Assembly (NCBI RefSeq): GCF_006345805.1
Contig: NC_043003.1
Coordinates: 54,250,001 to 54,314,000 of the forward strand
Origin: Octopus sinensis
Lineage: Eukaryota
Direction of reading: 5' to 3'
DNA: 64,000 nucleotides
Part shown: piece by piece, positions 12,848 to 26,994 of the stretch
Position numbering within the stretch: position 1 is the stretch's first letter
Layout: every line of letters begins with the position of its first letter
Translations under genes and position numbers: made by a program
Notes under the pieces: model-generated
Told to the model about the DNA's origin: nothing
Databases searched by the model: none
The model's input: only the letters and a program-made list of their open reading frames with translations

Positions 12848-12945
12848 TATACATATATATACATATATATACATATATATACATATAATATACATATATC
12901 TATAATCTAATCATCTCTCTCTTTCTGTCTGTCTCCCTTCTCTCC

Positions 12946-12991
<46 letters not shown>

Positions 12992-13594
12992 TATATATAT
13001 ATATATATATATACATATATCTATAATCTAATCATCTCTCTCTCTTTCTGTCTCCCTTCTCTCCCTCCCTCTCTCTCTCTCTCTCCGTATATATATATAT
13101 ATACAGATGCATAGATGCATAGATACATACATATTTTATAATTTAGTTAATCTGACGTCGAATACGGTACATGAGTTTCACGCCATCGCTGTCCTCATGC
13201 CAGGACTGTGAGAACACAGTTTGTTAGTTTATTCATATATTTTGGTCTTGATGTAATCTCTCCATTTGTTGTTGTTGTTGTTGTTTGCTGTTTATCTTTT
13301 ATCGTTTGCATTGTCATTGGCTATTTTCTGAGTTATCACGAATGTTTTTGATGCATTTGTTGATGAGGTGTTATCGTTTTTACTTGTTTTTGTTTTTTAA
13401 ACTTACTCTTACATCAGTTGATGTTGGTTGTATGCGAATTATTAATTTATTTGTCTTTGTAGATGTTATTTTCGGATGGCTTATATCTTTCGATTTGAAG
13501 ATGGCTCGTTTGGGAGTGTGGGGTTTGTGAACTAATTAAAGATATACGCATTTATGGAGAAATTTCACATGCTGAATCAAATCATCGTTCATAC

Positions 13595-14010
13595 ATACAC
13601 ATGCACACATATATAAATGCAATACATACGTATGTACATACACATCCATACATACATACGTACGTACATACATACGTACGTACATACATACGTACGTACA
13701 TACATACGTACGTGCATACATACGTACGTACATACATACGTACGTACATACATACATACATGAGCATGTCTAGATATGCAACTATATGCATGAGAATACA
13801 TACATAAAACATACAAATCTGCATATACATATATGCATACATTCATACATACATACATACGTACATACATACATTCATACATACATTCATACATACATTC
13901 ATACATACATACGTACATACATACATTCATACATACATACGTACATACATACATACATACATACATACATACATACATACATACATACATGTATGCATAT
14001 ATACATACAT
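13595..14010. repeat. (ATAC)n tetranucleotide array with CGTA and ATTC variants
   Basis: Direct inspection. Confidence 0.95.
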
Positions 14011-14226
14011 ACAAAAATACCGTTGTTGATGTTGAAATTCCAATGCAGGAGCCTTGGATTTATGTTAGAAACCGGGTCTTTGGCTATTGGTAAGAAATCT
14101 CGAAATAAACTGAATAATGACATACATACATACACCCACATATATACCCGAATGTATATTCACAAATACACGTACACTGCCTCGTAAAGACATAATAATA
14201 CATAACTACACATACACATATATATA

Positions 14227-14607
14227 TCTTTTACTTGTTTCAGTCATTTGACTGTGGCCATGCAGAAGCACCGCCTTTAGTCGATGAAATCGACTTATTC
14301 TTTGTAAGCCTAGTACTTATTCTATCGGTCTCTTTTGCCGAACCGCTAAGTTACGGGGCCGTAAACACACCACCATCGGTTGTCAAGCGATGTTGGAGGG
14401 ACAAACACAGACACAGAGACACACATACATATATATGTATACATATATACGACGGGCTTCTTTCAGTTTCCGTCTGCCAAATCCACTCACAAGGGTTTGG
14501 TCAGCCCGAGGCTATAGCAGAAGACACTTGCCCAAGGTGCCACGCATTGGGACTGAACCCGGAACCATGTGGTTCGTAAGCAAGCCATTTACCACACAGC
14601 CACTCCT
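14227..14607 (-). mobile_element. tRNA-derived SINE family A with internal (TA)/(TG) microsatellite
   Basis: Head GGAGTGGCTGTGTGGTAA with box A/B-like motifs and tail ACTGAAACAAGTAAAAGA. Multiple copies in the window. Confidence 0.9.
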
Positions 14608-14714
14608 AGGCTCCTATATACGTATATATATACATATTATTATATATTATATATATATATATATATGTATATATATAATATATCTATATATATATATAAT
14701 ATATATATATATAC

Positions 14715-14762
<48 letters not shown>

Positions 14763-15416
14763 TATATAAATACACACATGTGAACGTACACGTACATTGA
14801 TTCACTCATACACACAGAGACACAAACACACTAACACACAGACATACACGCACAAATATACACACACATACACCCACATATATCCTAACAAGCATGCTCT
14901 CAAATAAACCTTTTTACAGATCAACAACACACGTCTGGATATCATCGCAGCTAATTAAATCGAAAAGTGACTTTCTCATTTTAATCTGTTGAAGATCTCT
15001 GGAAGCGATGAAAGCAGGGAAACGAGAGCGCAAAGGAAATTATTTATGGGACACTGCAGACATTCCACTGGTTTGCATAATAGGTTGGGTAATACACATG
15101 AACCCTACTTAAATTGTCTGTAACCGCATACCTTCAGGTTACAAAGAAATTGCTTGTCTTGTCAGATGGAAGAACATTTAGTAAACAATGATAAGCGCAA
15201 ATGTACGAGGGGTGTATGAAAATTCATGAGCCTCAAAAAAAAAGAAAAAAAAGAAAAACATGATACAAGACTTCAAGGCTCAAGCTTTTCATAAACCCCT
15301 AGTACACAAACATGCATACATGCATATTATATATACATGTTTGTATATATGCATATATGTATGTATGTGTGTATCTATCCACTTATATATATGTATAAAT
15401 ATGTATATGTATGTAT

Positions 15417-15466
<50 letters not shown>

Positions 15467-15560
15467 ATACATATATATATATATTGTATAAGATATGTTA
15501 GAGGTAATATAACCATCTACGGTATATGTATATATATATATATTTATACAGAGAGAGAGG

Positions 15561-15601
<41 letters not shown>

Positions 15602-15616
15602 TGCTAGCCACTACAC

Positions 15617-15776
15617 ATTCTTTATTTTCTCTACTTGTTTCTTTCTGTGCTCCTTTCCGTGGAAGAGCGTAGGTTCGAAACGTTAAAGGCTTTTTCACTT
15701 CCCGAGCGTTATACTAATACATCTGTTTGTGTTTCTACACCATTGACTTCGTCTTTTTTTGTGAATTTTCTCCCTA
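15617..15776 (+). mobile_element. Copy of the minimal-hammerhead dispersed repeat
   Basis: CCGTGGA-A-GAGC-GTAG-GTTC-GAAACGTTA-AAGG, with flanks homologous to 3465-3630. Confidence 0.7.
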
Positions 15777-15777
15777 T

Positions 15778-15863
<86 letters not shown>

Positions 15864-16089
15864 GCCTATATGCATCATAGATGTCTTTATATCTTTGTTC
15901 ACTCAATCTCATTCCCTCGACATTCATATTTGTATATATGTGTATGTGTGTGTATTTCGATTAATTTTGTAGAAATAATAAGCTAAGTATAGTTTCAATA
16001 CTCTAATGGATGTGTTAAAACAGGACATTCTTGTTATATCGAGGCAAGAAAACGCACGCTAGAATGTGGAATTTTCATTAGTATTTTAC

Positions 16090-16364
16090 CCCCACATCAT
16101 TTGTGTACATGGCAGTCTTGTTTGTCGAACCAGGAGGAACACCATTATTATATAACATGAAAAATTGGCGACGCATATTTATAATTTCTCCACGGAGTCT
16201 TTCTAAGATATTTCCTTTCCTCCCAATTACTATTATATTTGTTACATCTGAACCTGTGACCTTACGGACCTCACAATCAAACATGCTTCAACCACCATTC
16301 GTATACCAAGATATAAAAACAGATTTAGTGCCCGTATATTGTCGGTGATTTTATTGACCTGCCC
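16090..16364 (-). pseudogene. Fibronectin type III-like pseudo-exon
   Basis: Acceptor ttattttcag at 16365 gives a 91-codon frame AGQ*NHRQYTGTKSVFISWYTNGG*SMFDCEVRKVT...LERLR...YNNGVPPGSTNKTAMYT. FN3-like pattern, two stops. Confidence 0.5.
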
Positions 16365-16536
16365 CTGAAAATAATGAGCAACGATACAAAGATGGTACTG
16401 TGTAGAGGAATTCCAGATACTTAGTCAGTTCTCACCGATAAACCCATTCAACGTTTGTGTTGATGTGTTGGCCACAGGTAATGAATGAAATAAATACATT
16501 AACTAAGACAGACGACGTCCTGGGTGCCCACATTAC

Positions 16537-16628
16537 CTTGAACATATTCAGAGGTTGTGGCGATGCCATTCAGCATTAAAACGAAGAAAATTCCTTTCGA
16601 TTTATAGGCTTGATCTGACACAATTCAT
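16537..16628 (-). pseudogene. Signal-peptide-like first exon with a 1-nt frameshift
   Basis: MNCVRSSL / KSKGIFFVLMLNGIATTSEYVQ G|gtaatg. Phase-1 donor matches the phase-1 FN3 exon across a 172-nt intron. Confidence 0.35.
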
Positions 16629-16774
16629 TCTCTATTCTTATTTTAGAGTCACTGTGTGTGAAGGCCCTGTCTAAAGCAGTGTCTTAGATCAGTACTAAAA
16701 AGGTCTGCCAACAAGAAATTCAAAATTAACCAGTGGTTAGTCCACATTATTCTACAATGTGCAGAGGGCCGTTT

Positions 16775-17152
16775 TCCTGGTTTTTTTTTCTGGCGTATAT
16801 ATTCCTCCATCGACGGGACTCCAGTCCGTCACAGGATTACTCCTTGTACCTGCTGAGTGGACTGGAGTAACACTGCTCAAGAACACAACGAAATGCCCGG
16901 GTAAAGTTAAAGTTATCTTCTCGAGTCATTTCGAAATATAAGGGCCAGCTTACCAGTTTCATGGCGTATATATTCCACGCTTGAACGGGACGCCGGTTCG
17001 TTGCAGGATTACTCATTATTGCCAGCTGAGTGGGCTGGAGTAGCGTGAAATAAAGTGTTTTGCTTTAAGAACACAACGAATTGCCCTGAGCAGGAATCGA
17101 AACACGATTTTACCCTGGTCCAACATCCTCACCAGTAAACCATGCGACTCCA
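16775..17152 (-). mobile_element. Two adjacent partial SINE copies with a Meta/V-like central domain
   Basis: Repeated gacgggac.cc.gt.cgt..cagg.ttactc and ctcaagaacacaacg at ~16790-16900 and ~16960-17150. Confidence 0.6.
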
Positions 17153-17879
17153 CTAGTAGACTAACTAGTAGGAACTAGAAATTAACATCGTGATAGAGTG
17201 CACCATTACATTGCTTTATGTCGTTTGTATTCAATGACTCAATTTGAATCAGTGACTAATAGGCAAAGATATAAGTGGGGCGTTAGAGATGTTTAGAGGA
17301 TAGTATTATCAACATGACAGTTTTTAATATTCATATAGCCACTCCAAATGTATGAAATATCATTAACGGGAGTGAAAACAATGAAACGAGTGCTAACAAG
17401 TTCCAATGACTAGGAGTTGATTTCTAGCCATATTCTACTAGATTTGAGCTGTTTAGTACTACAGCAAAACTCCATTTCAGGTTAGCATCGAAGCTGAGGA
17501 TTTGCAGTAAATCTATGACGTTAGGGTATTTGGAAGAATCCATTGTTCGTTTTGCCCAGGAGAAGGTAACAGAGCATGAGAATCATTGTTGAGGATGCAG
17601 TGGGTTCTCCCCAAGAAAAACAGGGAGATGCATGGTGTGGTGCAGAATGGTGTGTGAATCTCTCTCTCCCCCCTCTCTCTCTCTCTCAAACACACACACA
17701 CACACACACATGCAAGCACAAATATATGCATGTGTATATACGTGCTTAGAAGTATATTGATATAATTGTGTATATATGTATATATCTACATACATACATA
17801 CATACATACATACATGCATACATACATACATACATGCATACATACATACATACGTACATACATAATACATACACACATA

Positions 17880-17912
<33 letters not shown>

Positions 17913-17927
17913 TATATATATGTATAT

Positions 17928-18342
17928 CAGGAGTGGCTGTGTGGTAAGTAGCTTGCTTACCAACTACATGGTTCCGGATTCAGTCCCACTGCATTGCACC
18001 TTGGGTATGTGTCTTCTACTATAGCCTCGGGCCGACCAAAGCCTTGTAAGTGGATTTGCTAGACGGAAACTGAAAGAATCTCGTCGGATATACGTGTATA
18101 TGTATGTATATGTGTGTATATGCTTGTGTGTCCGTGTTTGTCCCCCCCACCCCAACATCGCTTGACAACCGATGGTGGTGTGTTTACGTCTCCGTAACTT
18201 AGCGGTTCGTCAAAAGAGACCTATAGAATAAGTACTAGGCTTACAAAGAATTAATCCTGGGGTCGATTTGCTCTGCTGAAGGCGGTGCTCCAGCATGGCC
18301 GCAGTCAAATGTCTGAAATAAGTAAAAGAGTAAAAGAGAGTA
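17928..18342 (+). mobile_element. SINE family A, full length
   Basis: Homology to the other copies. Confidence 0.9.
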
Positions 18343-18624
18343 TAAATGCGTGTATTCATACATCCACACTCGCACACACTTATACACACACACATAAACA
18401 AACACTCCAAAGCCCCCACCATATGCCTAGAAATATAAGGACACCACTAAATTTCGCATTTAGGAACAGTGGTTTGCAAAACATTAGTCGAAAAGTAGAA
18501 TGTTCGTCAAATTTTCAATATTACTCAAAACATGCTATAAATGGGAACAGATTGATTTATTAACGCATCAAACAATTGTTATAATTTTCGAAAATTCACA
18601 ACCTTTAGAAATGATTTTTTTTTT

Positions 18625-18927
18625 TATGCGCCCTTTTCAAGCCTAGCCAAGCTCATGGGACCGGTTTTGCGGTTTCTATGGCGTATATGTTCCCCCCAGC
18701 TGGACGGGACGCCAGTCCGTCAAAGTGTTACTCAAGAAATAGGAAGAATGAGTGAGAAAAATTTGGGGCGAAAGAGTACAATAGGGGTCGCCACCCCCCT
18801 CCCAGAGCCTCGTCGAGCTTTTAGGTGTTTTCATTCAATAAACACACACAACGCCCAGTCTGGGAATCGAAACTGCGATCCTCCGACTGCGAGACCGCTA
18901 CCCTAATCACTGGGCCATTGCACCTCC
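18625..18927 (-). mobile_element. tRNA-derived SINE, family B
   Basis: Homologous to 1204-1410; contains a ctggacgggacgccagtccgtc central domain. Confidence 0.8.
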
Positions 18928-19219
18928 ACACCCTTTAGAAATAGGTAGAATATAAATCAGAATGAATAAACTTAATTTTTTACAGAATTTGGCATTGGGT
19001 AAAAGTTGCGATTCATTTATTCTTTTATTTTTTTATTCCTTTTATATGATTTCAGTCGTAGGAATAATGGCTACGTTGGCGCACCGCCGTAACTTATTTT
19101 CTATCTGATTTGTTGTTGCATTATGGCAGGAAGTTGAACTATGATTTTATGATGAGTTTATTGCAGTTCATTTTCCCTGATTGTACCCTTGAATGCTTGA
19201 CTAATCCAGATTCGTAATA

Positions 19220-19860
19220 AGGAGTTTATCCAATAAAGGGAAATTTGATAAGACAATCAGTCGCCCGCTGACACTCGTTGACGCTACATCGAAGAGGCCA
19301 GGAAACAGAAGAAAGAAGACATGCACTCAACACCAGAGCTGAAGACGCGCCCGAAGGGGGGAGGGGCACGTCAAAACGGTTGAGGAGTTGGGTCCGAAAC
19401 CGGACGTGGTCCCTCCTGATGATGTCTTGAGTTAACTGGATTCTATAAAGGAGCTGTTGTGGTAGCAGACCACGAAACATGGTTGAAATTCCTCCTGAGT
19501 ATTTCAGTAGAGCTTCCTTTTATAATTCTGATTTCCTTAGGTAAGTAGCTGAATAGCTGAGGACCTTTAAATATAGCTATAAACATTCACTGGAGCTGTG
19601 TGATCTCCGCCTACACCGTTTCCTCAACCTCAGCCCACTTGTCTTTCCATCTCTAGTGAAACTTGTTGCGTTCAATGACCTTAGCCCACTCTCGCTATTA
19701 TGGTTAATCTTTTCCCCCAGTAACTGTTTTCTGGTCATGTCTTTCCTCCAGGTATTGATCTGCAATGGTTTGGAAGGAGCATTCATGACATCAAACCACC
19801 CAATCAAAAAATACATGCAACTATTTGGCCAAGACCCCTTCCTACATATTCATGAAGTTA
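19220..19860 (-). mobile_element. CR1/L2-like LINE 3' end remnant
   Basis: Minus frame FKGPQLFSYLPKEIRII resembles the CR1-clade C-terminal F.GP.LFN.LP..IR motif. Degenerate. Confidence 0.6.
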
Positions 19861-20248
19861 AAACAAATAAATTCCATAACTTGTTTTAAAAAGTTAGCTA
19901 ATAATGAATCACTTTATATTTCTATATAAATATATTTGGTTATAAAATTACTGGCCAAACTGAAAAATAATTTTGTAAGCAGCTTCATTTTTCAAACAAA
20001 AAACAAGAACATTTGTTTTAATTTTTAAATTAAAATAAATTTTAAATAAGTTTACTGCTCGTTTAATTTGGATGTAATTCATAAGAATTAGATCTAAAGT
20101 ATGTCTATTTGGTGTCAACTAATATGTTTTATTTCCATTTGTATTTTGGGCAATATGCTTTCGTTGGTTTTACTTTCCACAGATATATTTTCCATTAATG
20201 TGTCAAATTTTTAATTATCACAATATATAGAGACCAGTATCACAGCCG

Positions 20249-20318
<70 letters not shown>

Positions 20319-20720
20319 TACACACACACACGCACACACAAGCGTACGTATATAGAGGTGTATATAGATATACTGATATTTAACACACACACGTATACCT
20401 ATATACATACTCTATACATGCACACACATGCACACATATATGCATATATTCGTATATATGGGCAACTGCTTTTCTTTTACAAATTTTCCATTAAATATTG
20501 TATCTGAATTTTGTCATTTTGATTAGAAAATTTACGTATTTTCTGATGAGATTTTTACAGCTACTTTGAAGCACTAAAGTTCCTAAATTACTATTAAAGT
20601 TCCTAAATTAATGTATAACGCTGTAATACTCCAATATTCGTCTTTTACTTACAAACTTTTACTGCTAAACAGAAAACCAGTGGCAGACGAAATACACACA
20701 TACAAACATACATACATACA

Positions 20721-20752
<32 letters not shown>

Positions 20753-20859
20753 CACACGCATGCGTATATACATTGCTGTTGGCATTCTTTTGTCTCGAGA
20801 GATGATGGAGTTGCGCATAAAATAATCTAGTCTAGTTTTTACATTTCATGTCCTCTCCT

Positions 20860-21170
20860 GTTTTGCGCAGGCCTGGGCAAGATGTAAGAAAATCCTGGGT
20901 AGCTTAATCGTCAGGGTTCCTTTCTCGACCTTGCTGACGTAGTCCAAAGGAGTGCAGAGCATTACGTTTGGCACCAGCTTGGTTGCAGGAGCTACCGGAA
21001 GAGTGTCAAGTCGAACACTAAACCGCCTAGGGGCCCCGCTCCGGATTTCTTTGAAGGTTGTCTCCTTTCCGTAACCCTGGATATGGGCCCATACCGGGTA
21101 CTGTCAGCCGGGGATACCTGAGCCCGCCACTCATGTCAGGCAGGGTCGTCACTTCCTGAAGCAGTGAATA
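20860..21170 (-). mobile_element. Probable RTE-clade LINE 5' region fragment
   Basis: cgtttggcaccagcttggttgcaggagctaccggaagagtgtcaag...gctccggattt resembles RTE 5'-UTR sequence as I recall it. No ORF evidence. Confidence 0.4.
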
Positions 21171-21418
21171 AAATCGCTACCCACTACCTACATATACATA
21201 TATACATAAATATACATACACATCGATCAGATTCTGATCAAATCATCCGTGTGTTGACATGTACCTCCTAACGACAATGCAAACTTCATTTAATCAAGAA
21301 ACCCTTGGTCTGAAGAGTAGCCTGCGGTATACACCTCGCTTCGATATTCCCACTTCCAAAGTTCCGCTCACTATGAAACATATGTAGACGGATAATATCA
21401 ACACCATACCTTAACTCT

Positions 21419-21467
<49 letters not shown>

Positions 21468-21545
21468 TTTGATACTTTGATACTTTGATAGGTTTCGGCC
21501 ATTATTGGCCCAGGCCATGTCTAACTTAATAGCACCATCTGGTAT

Positions 21546-21598
<53 letters not shown>

Positions 21599-21981
21599 TA
21601 TTTATTTTTATTTTACAAGACTGCAATACGACGATGGCTTAGCTCACCGAAACTTCGATGTCACTGTCAACAATATTCCTGTATAAGAATAATAAATTTG
21701 TATTCTACAAAAGTATAGAATATTCTGTCTGACTATAACAAATAAAAACAAATTAGTATTATGTGTGTGTGCCTATATACATGTATATATACATATATAC
21801 ATATATATATATATATATGTATATATATGTATAAAGTTAATCCAAACAAGAAAACACAGAAAAAAAGAGAAAAAGAGAGAAAAAACACAGCAACACGAGG
21901 GGACGTGGAACATATATGTATATGTATTATATATGCATATATACATGTGTGTTTATATATATGTTATATATATAATATATA

Positions 21982-22029
<48 letters not shown>

Positions 22030-22052
22030 TATATGTATATATACATATGCAT

Positions 22053-22089
<37 letters not shown>

Positions 22090-22193
22090 AAATTAATTGA
22101 TAATTATCATTATTAATTATTAATAATTTTTAACATGTAGTTTCGGCATGTTTAAAGAACCATTATCGGTAAACTTAAACAACAATTTTCTAT

Positions 22194-22793
22194 AATTATG
22201 ACTATAATTATAATTAGGGTTCAGCAAAAAAACTTGCTTCATCACATACCGAAAATTGAGAAATAGCAGCCAAACACCAAGCTATTTCTCTACCGTAAGA
22301 GAATCTCCCAGATAACATATACTCACAAACAATCCACGTTGGTAAGGAGAAAAACAACGAAATTCCCCCGGGAATTTGATTAACTGTGGACGCGTTTCGG
22401 ACTTAGATATATATGAAAAATGCAAAAATCACAAACAATTTTTTGTCTGATGCTACTTGGATTCAGATAGGTATGTTCAATTTTTTCAGTGCTCTCAAAT
22501 TTAAAATCTCGAAATACTGAGCTGATGAGCGAGAATGATAATATGAAGATGTAATTTTTGCATTTTTCATATCTATCGCGTCCACTCCGAACGCGTCCAC
22601 ATGTTAATCAGATTACTGGTGTAGTTTCGTTGTTTTTTCTCTTTACCAACGTGAATAGCTTTGAGCATATGTTATCTGGGAGATTCTCTTATGGTACAGA
22701 AATAGCTAAGTATTTGGCTGCTATTCCAAAATTTTCAGTATGTGATGAAGCAAATTTTTCTGCTGAACCCTAATTATAATTATACTCATAATT
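22194..22793. mobile_element. Fold-back element, ~240-bp imperfect inverted arms (22194-22432 / 22551-22793); related to the 55720 array family
   Basis: Arms align as reverse complements (roughly 80% by eye). Shares gggtaaaattaatt (22084), gaaatagcagc, ctatttct and tgagctgatga with the 558-bp unit. Arms contain GAAACGCGTC-like palindromes. Confidence 0.8.
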
Positions 22794-22814
22794 ACTCATA
22801 AGTTGTCTTATATG

Positions 22815-22856
<42 letters not shown>

Positions 22857-23197
22857 ATAGTGTAGGAAGAAATGGAGCTGAACGAAGATTAAACAAAATT
22901 CCTTTTGACTGTCAAAAATTGTGGAGTATGACTGTCACCACTACTACATGAACCTGAAGATTGCAGAATTTAATGCATGAAACCACTAGTTCAATCAGAA
23001 TGAACATTTAACATTCTATTATTTTATTTTATTTTATTATATTATATTATCTATATCATTATAAGATTGTAAATAAAACGTGAAAATCAGACAAGGTTGG
23101 AATTCCTTTTATTAATATATATAACATACATACATATAATATATATATATAATATATATATACATACATATAATATATATATATATATAATACATAT

Positions 23198-23231
<34 letters not shown>

Positions 23232-23244
23232 CATACATATAATA

Positions 23245-23300
<56 letters not shown>

Positions 23301-23377
23301 CGAATAATATTTTAATAATAAAGGTTAAGACAATAATAATTTTATATATAAATAAATCTTTATATTTATCTATCTAC

Positions 23378-23493
<116 letters not shown>

Positions 23494-23923
23494 GTATATA
23501 TATATACATATATACACGAGGGTTACGGAAAATTACCTGGCTGTTAGGGTATCGTGAAAAACCTAGTTGGAGGCCCAACCTTCCGGGTTCTTTTATAGGG
23601 CTTAGGAAAACTGAAGGACCGTTGCAATATGTATGTGAATTTGAGAGGTGTATATGTTGAATAAAATCATAATTAAGAGCATTTTCTTTTACCAAAGCCA
23701 AGAACTTAAAAAGCGGAGATTTTGGCCAACTCACTCTCTCTCTCTCTCTCTCTCCATCCATCCATCACACACTCTCTCTGTTTCTCTGTTTCTCTCCCCC
23801 CTCTCTCTCTCTCTATCTATACATGAAAGTTACTGAAAATTTCCTGACTGTGTAATGTCTAGATGGAGCCCCACTCTTCCGTGATTTTTTTAAAAGGTAT
23901 TCGAAAAACTGTGTGTGTGTGTG

Positions 23924-23966
<43 letters not shown>

Positions 23967-24439
23967 GCACATATACACACGTGTGGTTATTTATCGTTTT
24001 TTCGACATCTATAAGAGGTGATACGCAATAATGATCTGAATTAACTGAGAATTCTGGAGACACTTAGACCCATCACCAAGGAGATTTAGTGCGACACTGC
24101 ATGCTCCGATGTTGATTTCATGAATATCATACGCTGTCCTTGCAGTGATTTTAAACATAGTCTTTGCCGGTGTATTTTCACTCAAAAGCTGGTGTCTACC
24201 TAACATAATAGTAGAAAAGAACTGCCGAAGGTGAACTGGGATGAAAACCAATGCCACATGAGGTGAAGAGTACTAGAAATAGGCTTCTTTACTTCTAATG
24301 TTTTTTCTTTATTTTATTTTCTCTTCCTTTGAAAATTATATTATTTCCTTCTTTTGACTCTCTTTGAATTCATGTTTTTAACTTTCATGTTGTATGAAAT
24401 ATAAATGTTATACTCTTATATACATATTGTGTTCATTTG

Positions 24440-24454
24440 CTATCTATCAGTCAC

Positions 24455-24552
<98 letters not shown>

Positions 24553-24557
24553 CATCC

Positions 24558-24638
<81 letters not shown>

Positions 24639-24673
24639 TCAATCTATCTATCTATCCACCTACCTTCCCCCTA

Positions 24674-24725
<52 letters not shown>
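24440..24725. repeat. (TATC)n array; similar arrays at 15560-15600, 23365-23460, 37980-38290 and 46165-46245
   Basis: Direct inspection. Confidence 0.95.
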
Positions 24726-25304
24726 GGTTTGAATGGATATATATATATATGACTGTGTATATGTATGTATATATGTATGTATGTATGTATGTATGCATGT
24801 ATGTATGCATGTATATATTATGTATGGGTGTTTGTGTATGTATGTATGCATGTATGTAATCAAATGTCTAAGTATTTCACCTGATCAGAGTGTCAGCGCA
24901 TCACCTGGCAGCAGTAAATGCAAAGGGATTCTCAAAACCACATTAGAACTACCTTTCTCTCTTTATCTATCAATCCACCTATTTATATATGTGTGCGTGT
25001 GTATGTGTGTGTGTGTGTGTGTGTGTTTGTGTGTGTGTGTGAGTGCGTGTGTGTGGGTGAGTGTGTGAGTGCGTGTGTGTGTACGCTACTTACTCAACAT
25101 AAAACGTTGAACTATGCTGCAAAGAAAGAGAAGGTGAAGTTTCCAGAAAGACAGAAATAAGGAAATTTTCCAAAAGATCAACAGGAAAAACGACAGAAAT
25201 GAAACAAAGTAAATATAGGAAGAAGAATGAAAGAGAAAATAAAGCTGGAAGGAATAAGGATCTAACGAAGAAAATAGAAAGAATAAATGAAAGAAAGTAT
25301 GCAG

Positions 25305-25422
25305 AATGTAGTAGTAGTAGTAGTAGTGGTGGTAGTAATAGTAGTAGTAGTAGTAGTGGTGGTAGTAATAGTAGTAGTAGTAGTAGTAGTGGTAGCAGAA
25401 GCAGCAGTTGCAGTAGTAATGT

Positions 25423-25461
<39 letters not shown>

Positions 25462-25790
25462 AAAAAGAAGAGAAGGAAAAAAGGTGAAGAGGGTAAAAGT
25501 GGAAGAAAAGAAGAAATAGAAAATGAAGAATTAGTAGTAGAAATAGAAAAGACGAAGGAGGAGGAATAGAAAATGAAGAAGAAAAGACGAAGAGGAGGAG
25601 GGTATCAGGAGTAGGAGGAGAAGAAGAAAAAGAATGATAATAATAAGAAAGTAATAATAATGATAATGATAATAATAATAATGATAATAATAATAATAAT
25701 AATAATAATATAAGAAGAAGAAGAAGAAGAAGAAGAGAAGAAGAAGAAGAAGAAGAAGAAGAAGAAGAAGAAGAAGAAGAAGAAGAAGAA
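25305..25790. repeat. Compound (AGT)n/(AAT)n/(GAA)n trinucleotide region
   Basis: Direct inspection. Confidence 0.95.
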
Positions 25791-26486
25791 TGCTAATACA
25801 TGATTTGCTCGCAGAAAATATAAAAGCGTAGGAACTCGAAGGTGGAAATAGGAATATAATCACCAGGGAAAACGAATAAAATGCTAAGACAACCACGGTG
25901 GAATTTGCATGAAATATAACGTAATATAGGGATAGGGAAACTGTTTAGTGCGGCGGGCAAAAATTTCCTAAGAAAAAGGTCCTCGGGCGGATCACAAGTT
26001 CTAACTCATATCTGTGTACAATTTGTATATATCTTTGCATAATTCGATATACATTAATGAAGATAAGTTTAACACATTAAATTAACGCGTAAAATTTCCA
26101 TTTACGCCGCCACTGAATTTAGGACGTTTATATTACTTGTGAGATATTCTACATTTTTCAGCTTAGTTGGGTCTCAATGGAGTGGTACAAACCTAGTAAT
26201 ATATATATTTCATAGTGAAAACAAAATTTCCATTCAAATGGCAATTATCGGACGATTTCTGTACGTGTCTGACCATTTTAAGTCGTAGTGGAAAGGCGAC
26301 CTATTTGGCAAATGGACATACACATATTGTCTAAATTTTACGATAGAAAATTCACTATAGTTTGTACATATGAATATATCAGCCTGCGGATACAATAAAA
26401 TGGGTTCACGGGCGTAATCACGCCTGCAGGCGGGGGTTTCCCCATTCCTGACATAATATATCAAATGTAAATGTACAGTAACTTGC

Positions 26487-26606
26487 GCAGCTGTGTTGTA
26501 AGAAGCTTGCTTCCCAACCAGGGAAGTGTCTTCTACTATAGCCTCGGGCCGACCAAAGCCTTCTAAGTGGATTTGGTCGACGGAAACTGAAAGAAGCTCG
26601 TCGTAT
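26487..26606 (+). mobile_element. SINE family A, 5' half with internal deletion
   Basis: gtcttctactatagcctcgggccgaccaaagcc...ggaaactgaaagaagc.cgtcgtatata. Confidence 0.8.
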
Positions 26607-26614
26607 ATATATAT

Positions 26615-26648
<34 letters not shown>

Positions 26649-26952
26649 ATATATATATATATATTATGTCATCTCCCCTGAATAATGCGGTTTTTTAATG
26701 CATGAACTAAAAGTCGGAGGGTGACGAGATAAACTACCTGCATCAGCTTGCTATAAATGCTGATAGTAATTTTACCTTGCACTTGTTCTTACTGCAAGTT
26801 TTGAAGAGTGCAGTTCGATTTTAACAGTTATTTTTTCAAAGTTATAGTGAAAGAGACAAAGGAGCATACTCGACATATTTTGCTTTATGAGTTCAATAAA
26901 GGGATATATATATATATATATAATACATACATATATTATATATATATATATA

Positions 26953-26994
<42 letters not shown>

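Noticed and set aside
25199-25896. Poly-Ser, poly-Val and poly-Leu ORFs (also 61290-61773)
   Set aside because: Trinucleotide microsatellite translations.
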